The position numbers and the translations under genes are program-made. A DNA stretch of 63,876 nt, the filler included, from Octopus bimaculoides (taxonomy: Eukaryota), in the NCBI RefSeq assembly GCF_001194135.2. It is 5 parts of 5 records of this genome, joined end to end, with 100 filler letters (N's around TTAATTAATTAA, not from the genome) between each part and the next. Parts side by side here need not be neighbours in the genome. Positions count along the whole stretch, not along the records: positions 50,596 to 62,718 come from NC_068987.1; positions 62,819 to 63,876 come from NC_068999.1; 3 more parts are not named here. One strand, 5' to 3'. Below, in pieces: positions 55,330-63,876 of the stretch (position 1 is the first letter of the stretch; each line of letters opens with the position of its first letter). The notes beneath the pieces were generated by a model. The model was not told the DNA's origin, ran no database searches, and saw nothing but the letters and a program-made list of their open reading frames with translations.

Positions 55330-57550
55330 CTCTCTGGTTATTGGTAATTTTTTGCCAGACAGTATGAAGCAATGGAAAACAACTATGAACACTAGTGACA
55401 TCAACATAAACTGTGGAATTTTTTAAGGCAATTCTCTATCAACACTACTCTTTTGCATGGCTTTCATTCCCTTAAATAAGATTTTGAATGACACAAAACA
55501 TGGGAACAGAGTATATGATAAACACATTAATCACCTCCTTTCATGCATGATCTATAGCTTTTCACAAAAGACGATCACCAACTGGAACGACTTTTAACAG
55601 TAGTAAAAGAAATTAGTGAAATACTGGAATGGAGTTCGATCTTGATAAATGTGCTACAGCCACATTCTTCATGGGAAAACTCGTGAAAGCAAACAACATA
55701 CGGAGAGACAAACCTAAGATCATCAAAGTATTAGCCCCTGAAAAAAATTACAAATATTTAAGTGCGTATGAAGGAAATAGCATCCAGCACTCACAAATGT
55801 ATGAAAAAATTCAGAGAGCATGTTATTATAGAGCAAGAGCTATCCTAAAGAGTGAACTTAATGTTGGAAACAGGATTGATTCAATCAACACCTTAGCTAT
55901 ATCTGTTGTAATTTACAGCTTTAATATCATAAAATGGTCCATCTGTGAGATCAGTAAAATCGATATGAAAATATGCAAGCTTCTCATAATGCACTGCATG
56001 TATCACCCAACATCAAATGCAGATAAACTATACATCCCATCAAAGGCTGGAAAATGTGGACTGATGCAGCTGCAGCTGTTTCTAAAGACAGCAACTACAG
56101 GGTAGGGTTAGATACCTATCTGATCCAAAGAGGACTGATGCTTAAACTTGTCTGGAAGCATGAAAGTACAAAAACCTGTACTAAGTATCAGAAACTAAGA
56201 AATATGTAAAAGAATTAAAGATCAATGGAAAATAACTCACTAGGACCAGCAATCCTGAAGTTGGTACAAATATGACCCATCAATGGTTGGCCACATCTAG
56301 ACTTTAATCAGAAACCGAGAGCATCATTATAGCAGCTCAGAACTAGTGTCTGCCCACCAGAAACTTTCAAGGAAGCATTCTTAAAAATGGTACTGATCTT
56401 GCTTGTTGCTTTTGTGGTGCAACCAGAGAAACAAATTGACCACTTTCTCTCTGGATGCTTTATGTTAGCCTCAAATGAAAATATTAATCACCATAATAGA
56501 CTTAGTCAGTATTTGCATTGGATCATATGCTGTAAGTCTGAACTCTCATATCAGAATTGGTGGGAACACAAGCCTGCCAAAGTAGTTTTGTGGCACTCCA
56601 TCACTTACGACGTCGAAAGTTCCAGTTGATCCAATCAATGGAACAGCCTGCTCGTGAAATTAACGTGCAAGTGGCTGAGCACACCACAGACACGTGTACC
56701 CCTAACGTAGTTCTCGGGGATATTCAGCGTGACACAGAGTGTGACAAGGCTGACCCTTTGAATTACAGGCACAACAGAAACAGGAAGTAAGAGTGAGAGA
56801 AAGTTGTGGTGAAAGANNNNNNNNNNAGAGTGTGACAAGGCTGACCCTTTGAATTACAGGCACAACAGAAACAGGAAGTAAGAGTGAGAGAAAGTTGTGG
56901 TGAAAGAATACAGCAGGGTTCGCCACCATCTCCTGCCGGAGCCTCGTGGAGCTTTAGGTGTTTTCGCTCACAACACCCGGTCTGGGAATCGAAACTGCAA
57001 TCCTATGACCGTGAGTCTGCTGCCCCAACCACTGGGCCATTGCGCCTCCATGCCAAAGTAGTAGAAAATAATAATATCACCATTCTTTGGGACTTAAGTA
57101 TTCAAACTAATTGTGCTATTCAGACCAATAGGCTAGATATTATGGTAAAAATTACACTGACAAAACATGTCTGATCAGAGATTTGTGAGGTCTCAAAAAT
57201 GTGGTATCTAATAACATTTGTACCTGTAATCATCAGAGCTTTGGGACAATACCAAATGATGCTCGTAAACACTATGATCAAATACCAGGAAACCCAAAAG
57301 TATTAGAATTACAAAAAATTGTTCTTGTGGGTACTGCATCCTAACAGAAACATACTGAATTCTCTTAAAACTCTTTCAAAACTAAAATATTACAATTTAA
57401 GAACCTTAGTTCTCAGATGCTGGTCTGCTTCCTCTACAATATATCACTGCTAATCATAAATAACAGCCATAGTAAAACATTGAACTTTCTGTTACTTGAG
57501 GTCACTGGTAGAGACCTGGAACAGCTTATACGAAACAAAGCAAGAACATA
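55330..57550 (+). mobile_element. R4/Dong-clade LINE, copy 3, interrupted by a family D SINE
   Basis: MEFDLDKCA, NYKYL, MYHPTSNADKLY, YLHWIIC, HKPAKVV|ENNNITILWD, NRLDI and LQKIVLVGTA. Confidence 0.88.
56587..57050 (-). mobile_element. SINE family D insertion with a 12-bp TSD
   Basis: tgccaaagtagt at 56575-56586 and 57051-57062; tRNA-like head at 56985-57050. An internal repeat of about 80 bp around the 10-N gap is an assembly overlap. Confidence 0.9.
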
Positions 57551-57559
57551 AATAATGGT

Positions 57560-58000
57560 TTCAGATTTTGGCACAAGTCTACCAACTTTGGAGAAAGGGG
57601 GTTAGTCAATTACATCAACCCTAGTGCTTGATAGGGACTTTACGTTATCAACCCATAAAGGATGAAAAGCAAAGTTGACCTAAGTGGGATTTGAACTCAG
57701 AATGTAAGAGCTGGAACAATGTCACTGAGCATTTTGTTAGATGTGCTAACAATTCTGCCTTCCTTAATAATAATTATAATAACAATTCTAATTTTGGAAC
57801 ATGGTCAACAATTTTGAGGAGAGGTGGTAATTGATTACATTGACCCCAGTGCTCAACTATTACTTATTTTATCAACCCTAAAAGGATGAAAGACAAAGTT
57901 GACCTTAGAGGGATTTGAGCTCAGAGTGTAGCGAATAGGAAAAAATGCTACTAAGCATTTTGTCAGATGTGCTAATGATTCTGCCAGCTTGCTACTTTCT
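57560..58000 (-). mobile_element. Two head-to-tail SINE family B copies
   Basis: ttttggcacaag...aaaggatgaaaagcaaagttgacc...tttgaactcag...gtgctaacaattctgcc occurs twice, separated by (TAA)n. Confidence 0.8.
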
Positions 58001-59194
58001 AATGATTTCTAATAGAAGTTCATTTTAGGGTAGGCTTTTGTCAATTAGTTTAGTTTCAGTAGTTCATTGGTACTTCATATTATTGACTTTAGAACAATGA
58101 AGTTAACCAGCATCTATGAGGAACAGAAAAATGGACAAGCCAACAGGGAGTCTCTGTAGGTTCACTCAACTATATAGAAATAGCAGCTATCTTATAAGCC
58201 AAAAGACATACAGAAAAATATCTATATTTTGAATTACCATCATTATCATCATCATTTAACATCCATGTTTATACTGGCATAGGTTGGCCAATGGTGAAAG
58301 GAACTGATGGGTTCAAAGACTACATGATGCTACTTTGGGTTGGATGCACTTCCTAATGCTAGCCACTTTGCAGCTGCACTGAGTGCTTTTCTCATGGCAC
58401 CAACATTTGTGAGGTTACTATATAGCTTGCAAGGCTAAGATTCCTTTTAACTATGTGGGACTACAGTAGAGAAGGGAGGAGCGATAGCTTTATACTATAG
58501 GTTTAAGGGTTACAGCACAAGAGGAGGGGCCAGGATAGAACATGTCTGTTACTGTAGAAGAACTGGTGACTGACTGAGGGCTGGAAAGAAATAAATATTG
58601 GTTATAAGGTGTCAGAGTGAACCTTCAAGGTACAAAGTTTGCTGTAGCTACTAATCAAAGAGATGTGATCTGAACTTCTATATTGAAACTATACAATGCA
58701 CTAGAGTCATTTGGTCATTTAATCCACTTTTTTTAACCTTCAATTTACTCTCTCACCTGTAGAAACAATGCATTGTGAAAAAAAGTCAACATCTATAGCT
58801 TTGATTAGCTGAAATAAATTAAATTATTTCAGAAATTGAAGAGATATTTGCTATAGCCATCATTCTATTTACTTTTAATATAAACTTTATTACAGCTGAA
58901 TTCAGCAGAATTATTGGTGAACCAATGGAACAGCCAACTTGAACATAATTATTGATAGTGAATAGGAAATTAATTATAAAATTATCTGACTTAATAGTAC
59001 AGTGGTTTATTCTTGTACACCCCTTGATGATGATATGCCTTGTCACTACCATCAGTCTTCTTTCCAGCAACTGCTACTCTTATATAATGTAGGGTAGCCA
59101 TGTAGCTCCTCTGTAGTAAGACATCTGTGCCTATACTTCTATCAGACTTAGCCTCTCAACATATAGCATTAAGGCATTCCACTCAGTTGAGGAA

Positions 59195-59420
59195 TGTTGT
59201 CTTGCAAGTTAGTTGGCGATATCACTCATATTAGAGCCATGAAAAAAGTATCTAGTATACTCTATAAAGTGGTTGGCATCAGGAGGGGGCATCCAGCCAT
59301 AGAAATCATGCCAAAACAGACATTGGAACTCAATGCAGTCCTCCAGTTTGTTGGATACTATCAAACTGTCCAACCCGTGCTAGCATGGAAAGTGAATGTA
59401 TGATGATGATGATGATAATG
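59195..59420 (+). mobile_element. Repeat resembling an RTE-type LINE/SINE 3' end with a (TGA)n tail
   Basis: ggttggcatcaggagggggcatccagccatagaaa...ccaacccgtgctagcatggaaag...tgatgatgatgat; an inverse fragment lies at about 58240-58420. Confidence 0.5.
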
Positions 59421-59698
59421 TCATAAGAGGTGACTAAAAGTGCTGGCATCAGGAAGGGCATCTGACTGCAAATTCAATGTCTCAAAAAATCCTATCAAAC
59501 TCATGTCATGAAAAAGATGAGTATAAAATAATTGATTACTAATTAAAATTATATTACTTTCCACAGAACTGATTTTAAAAATAGAGTAATCATGGGTTGA
59601 TAAAAATGAAGGAAATAGAATATCTGAGATTTGGTATATTTTGTACCAACACAGTTGGGGAGATATTTTTAATAAAACAGAAAGATGGAAGTACTTAC

Positions 59699-59833
59699 AA
59701 AAGCCATTCCAAGGCATAAAGCATGGCAACAGGTTTTGGATTAATATTCATAGAAGTCAGCAATAATATTAGAGTGACAATACTCGAGCTTGGTACACCA
59801 GGTAGAGCCATTGTAACTATGGCTGTAAGAACT
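59699..59833 (-). CDS. SLC1A: Internal exon of an SLC1 (EAAT/ASCT, Na+:dicarboxylate symporter) family transporter, HP2 to TM8a
   Basis: Splice sites tttcaatag|A...TT|gtaagt, 135 nt, phase 2-2. Translates VLTAIVTMALPGVPSSSIVTLILLLTSMNINPKPVAMLYALEWL(L), colinear with vertebrate [45 protein letters not shown]. The length matches the 135-nt (45-aa) exon 9 of SLC1A2/SLC1A3. Absent from the ORF track because it has no start codon. The symbol is family-level only. Confidence 0.9.
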
Positions 59834-60014
59834 CTATTGAAATAAATGAAAACAGTTTCAAATTTTTTGATATAATAATCAGTTAGTATGGAGTGTATGT
59901 ATCCAATTTTATTATTCTTTATCTGTGAAAATTCACAAAGTTAGTGTGACAACAAATAGAAAAGATGTTAAATAAAGAAAGATTGGCCAATCATAAATAT
60001 AAAGTTGATATTTT

Positions 60015-60292
60015 TAACTGAAACTTAGGCAGTGTATTTCAACAGAAGTGTGGTAACAAAAGGGTTAGTTTTACAGTGCTACCACTTCTTAAATTACATT
60101 CAATGGAATACCTTGCCACTTCTCTCAGTAGCCCAGTTCATTCATATTGCTTCCTACCTCCTAGACTCTGCACAAAATCTTATGTACACCTCTTCTTTCC
60201 CAGAACATTGCCCTCTAGAATTCCTTCCTTGTCCATGCTTCTCCTGAAGTCATCAACTTGCAGTATTTTATGGGAATATTTCCTTCAACCAA
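60015..60292. repeat. 278-bp direct repeat, copy 1
   Basis: Identical to 61168-61445 except for 3 C/T differences. Confidence 0.95.
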
Positions 60293-60349
60293 TGTTCAGC
60301 ACCATAAATTTTGGGATAGAATTGAATAAGATGACCTGATATTTGACTT

Positions 60350-60775
60350 CTCTTTTATTTTTTTTTTACTTGTTTCGGTCATTAGACTGCAGCCATGCTG
60401 GGGCACTGCTTTGAATTTTTAGTCATATGAATCATCCCCAGTATTTTTTCTTAAGCCTGGTACTTATTCTATCAGTCTCTTTGCTGAACTGCTAAGTTAC
60501 AGGGACATAAACACACCAACACTGGTTGTCAAGTGGTGGTGGGAACAAACACATACACAAAGACACACACATGGATACATACATGCACACACACACATAC
60601 ATACATACATACATACAACAGGCTTCTTTTAGTTTGTCTACCGAATCCACTTACAAGGCTTTGGTCAGCCTGTGGTTATAGCAGAAGACATTTGCCCAAT
60701 GTGCCATGCAGTAGGACTGAACCCAGAACCATGTGTTTGGGAAGCAAACTTCTTACCACATAATCATGCATGCAC
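60350..60775 (-). mobile_element. Full SINE family A copy
   Basis: Reverse complement of 12792-13290, with an internal (CA)/(TACA) tract. Confidence 0.85.
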
Positions 60776-61167
60776 TTATACTTCTTTTATTCATCCTACA
60801 AGGATGAAAGACAAAGTTGAACCTACAAAATTAAAACCCAAGGCATAAAGGGCTGTCGCTAGATACCACAAGACATTTTACATGGCCCACTTCCACTTCA
60901 ACTACCTACTGCAGACAAGTGGTTGGAGTAAGGATGTATTGTAGTGCTTCCTATCATGACTCAACTTTAGTGCTGTGAGCTAACAAAGCACCTATTAAAA
61001 CACTTTTGATACCAATTCGTCTGAGACTGCCCTTGGTTCTATGATATAAACTTCATATTTTAAAGTGGTTTAAGTTAAAACCTTCCAATTTCATATTAAT
61101 TCATGTTCCAAACACAAACTTAATAATAACACAGTTGTTTCCTTTTATTCTTCATTATTTTCACAAT

Positions 61168-61445
61168 TAACTGAAACTTAGGCAGTGTATTTCAACAGAA
61201 GTGTGGTAACAAAAGGGTTAGTTTTACAGTGCTACCACTTCTTAAATTACATTCAATGGAATACCTTGCCACTTCTCTCAGTAGCCCAGTTCATTCATAT
61301 TGCTTCTTACCTCCTAGACTCTGCACAAAATCTTATGTACACCTCTTCTTTCCCAGAACACTGCCCTCTAGAATTCCTTCCCTGTCCATGCTTCTCCTGA
61401 AGTCATCAACTTGCAGTATTTTATGGGAATATTTCCTTCAACCAA
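61168..61445. repeat. 278-bp direct repeat, copy 2
   Basis: See 60015-60292. Confidence 0.95.
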
Positions 61446-62356
61446 ACTCTCATGATCTGTGGTTATCAGTATAATCTTACATTATAAATATAATCTTAAT
61501 ACAAAGTTAGGTCATTGTTGATTTGCTATGATTACAATGATGAAATATGTACTGAGGTGTGAAAGTGTACTGGTTATAAGGAATTAAAGGTTGAGTCCCA
61601 AACATTCTTTTCATCTTGAATGTAGTTAACACAGGAAATATAAAAAAAGAAGGGAAGAGTGAAAAAGAAGAGAGAAGAGGAGAAAGGTGCAAGGGAATAA
61701 AGGGGTGAATAATTGCACAAAGCGAAAATTACAAGAAGTGATAAGGAAAGATGGAACAATAGTGCCAATTCATCTATGGTGGCTTACACCATTATCTGAG
61801 GATGTATATCTTCTCATATAAGTAAGGTGTAAAGGTCAGACTTGGTTTTTATGTATAACGAAGGTGTAAGAGAGTCTGCATTTTCTACTAGTTTTCTAAT
61901 AGTTTCCATCTGATATATATATTGTTAACAAAGGTAGGGCAGTAACTCAGGGTTGTATATCAGGGATTATATTGTTTAATATACTCTTTCATTTTTTTTC
62001 AGGATGGTAAAGTATATTTGAGGGAACTCTCTTCTCAGCTGTCCAAATAGATTTTTCTTAACTCAATAATTCTTTCTACTGTAGGCAGAAGACCAAAAGT
62101 TTTGGAGGATGGGACAAGTCAATTACAACAAGCCCAATGCTCAGTTGTACTTATTTTATCCTGTTTTATAAGTAGAAAGACTTACACTAACAGTTCTGGA
62201 AGACGGAAAGATTTCCTTGTTGAGAGTCATAGAAGAATCTATATTGTGAGAAGAATTCACCCACAGGGCAAAACATCCAAAAATGTTTTATAGGCCTTGA
62301 AAGAATGAAAGGCAAAGTTGACCTCAGTAGCTGCTGCTGCTATAAATAATAATAAT

Positions 62357-62718
62357 GATAATAATTGATCAATAAAGCCATAACTGAAGACAGCCGCAGA
62401 AAGAAGAAAGGCCTCAGTATGGCCTGGGTGGACTACCAAAAGGCTTTCGACAGTGTTCCCCACACGTGGATTCTGGAAACACTAGCCATAAACAAGGTGG
62501 CACCAATTATCATAAAATACATAGAGCACTCAATGAACAAATGGCAGACAGTGCTACAGCTCCAAACAAAAGAGGGACTTGTGAAAACGAAAGCCATCCC
62601 CATTAGAAGAGGAATATTCCAGGGAGACACGCTCTCTCCACTCCTGTTCTGCCTGGCACTCACACCTTTAACCGAATTGCTAAATAGAACTGGATGCGGT
62701 TACAAATGCTATGGAAAA
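62357..62718 (+). mobile_element. R4/Dong-clade LINE, copy 4 (uninterrupted RT segment, cut by a gap)
   Basis: INKAITEDSRRKKKGLSMAWVDYQKAFDSVPHTWI...RRGIFQGDTLSPLLFCLALTPL; starts directly after taaataataataatgataataat. Confidence 0.92.
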
Positions 62719-63037
62719 NNNNNNNNNNNNNNNNNNNNNNNNNNNNNNNNNNNNNNNNNNNNTTAATTAATTAANNNNNNNNNNNNNNNNNNNNNNNNNN
62801 NNNNNNNNNNNNNNNNNNTATATACATATATATATATAAAATTAAGGATAAAATCCAATTATTCGTCTCAACCACATGCGTATTTGACCAAGATAATACC
62901 GCAGTAAATATCAGGATCGCAGTGAATACATAAGTATATATGCATCAAAATTGAGTATAAAATCAATTAATGATCTTATCAGTGGCCAGCATGTAATAAA
63001 AAACCATATAGGTAAACATTAATATAAATATATGATT

Positions 63038-63480
63038 ATATAGATATAATTATAATTAAGGGTACTGTGAAATAGCACTTACACGCTAGATAGAGGTCAA
63101 AAGACTTTAAAAATCAGTTCAAATTACACTCCATTAGCACAAGGCTGAAAGCGAGCACATGAATAAAAGAGATTTAGTAAAATTTTGAGGTTAATCCTAG
63201 ATCTTTCGATTTCTGGTTTAATAATATAAATTACTTTACCGTCATAAGTAGAATATACCAGAAATACATAAATATAAATAAATATACATACTCGGACAAA
63301 TATATTCGTATATATTCCGATTTTTCCTTTCAACAACGTGCGCATTTGATCAAGATAATACCACAGTAAATGCCTTGTGCTAATGGAGTGCAATTTGAGG
63401 TGATATTTAGAGTCTTTTCTATCTATCTCTAGCGTGAAGGTGCTGTTTCTCAGTACCCTTAATTACAATTATATCTATAT
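63038..63480. repeat. Long inverted repeat (arms of about 108 bp, spacer of about 225 bp)
   Basis: 63038-63145 is a largely matching reverse complement of 63372-63480 (atatagatataatt.taattaagggtactg.gaaa.agcac...cactccattagcacaaggc). Confidence 0.9.
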
Positions 63481-63494
63481 AATTATATATATAT

Positions 63495-63690
63495 AGATCG
63501 CTAGCCACAATACCTTTTTCTATTCTCTATTTTCTCTCCCTGTTTATTTCTGTGTTCCTTTCTGTCGAAGAGCGTAGGCTGGAAACGTAAAAGACTTTCT
63601 CACTTCCCGAGCGTTAAAGTAATACATCTGTTTGTTGTTTACACTCCCGTCTTCGTCTTTTGTTTTTTGTTTTTTGTAAATTCGCTCTAT
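63495..63690 (+). repeat. Family F repeat, copy 3
   Basis: ttcctttctgtcgaagagcgtaggctggaaacgtaaaagac... Confidence 0.7.
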
Positions 63691-63876
63691 ACATATGTAT
63701 ATATATATATATGTATATATATATATGTATATATGTATATGTAGATATACATATACACATATATATATATATATACATATGAATGAAAATGTTTTTACAA
63801 AAAAGTAAAAAATAATATATAAAAAAATAAATATACCAATACATTATATTGTCTTTGAGCTTTTAAGGTTCAATGG

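Noticed and set aside
58757-58808. 52-nt minus-strand segment with AG/GT ends just downstream of the SLC1 exon
   Set aside because: In the phase needed after the SLC1 exon it begins with a stop, and it lacks the DRxRT motif

Overview
AT-rich, microsatellite-dense animal genomic DNA from a gapped draft assembly. The SINE families and the (TA)n/(CA)n/(GATA)n/(TAA)n load look to me like an octopod cephalopod such as Octopus; this is pattern recognition and is not verified. There is no complete gene. Two coding exons are well supported, both on the minus strand: a 135-nt exon of a divergent SLC1 (EAAT/ASCT-type) amino-acid transporter (59699-59833) and a 90-nt exon of a FREM2/ECM3/FRAS1-type matrix protein (31462-31551). 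A plausible terminal exon of an unidentified gene lies on the plus strand (21918-21996). The rest is transposon-derived: two decayed mariners, a Helitron helicase fragment, four same-strand R4/Dong-clade LINE copies beside (TAA)n tracts, CR1-type fragments, a hAT MITE, another MITE and at least four tRNA-type SINE families. The most interesting unexplained signal is a repeat present three times whose consensus folds as a minimal hammerhead-ribozyme-like motif with a non-canonical core. Also notable are a G-U-rich three-way-junction hairpin at 9612-9722 and head-to-tail and inverted SINE arrays around the FREM-like exon. Most long ORFs in the supplied track are artefacts of N-gaps and microsatellites. 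Repeat boundaries were set by eye and are approximate unless defined by TSDs or TIRs.
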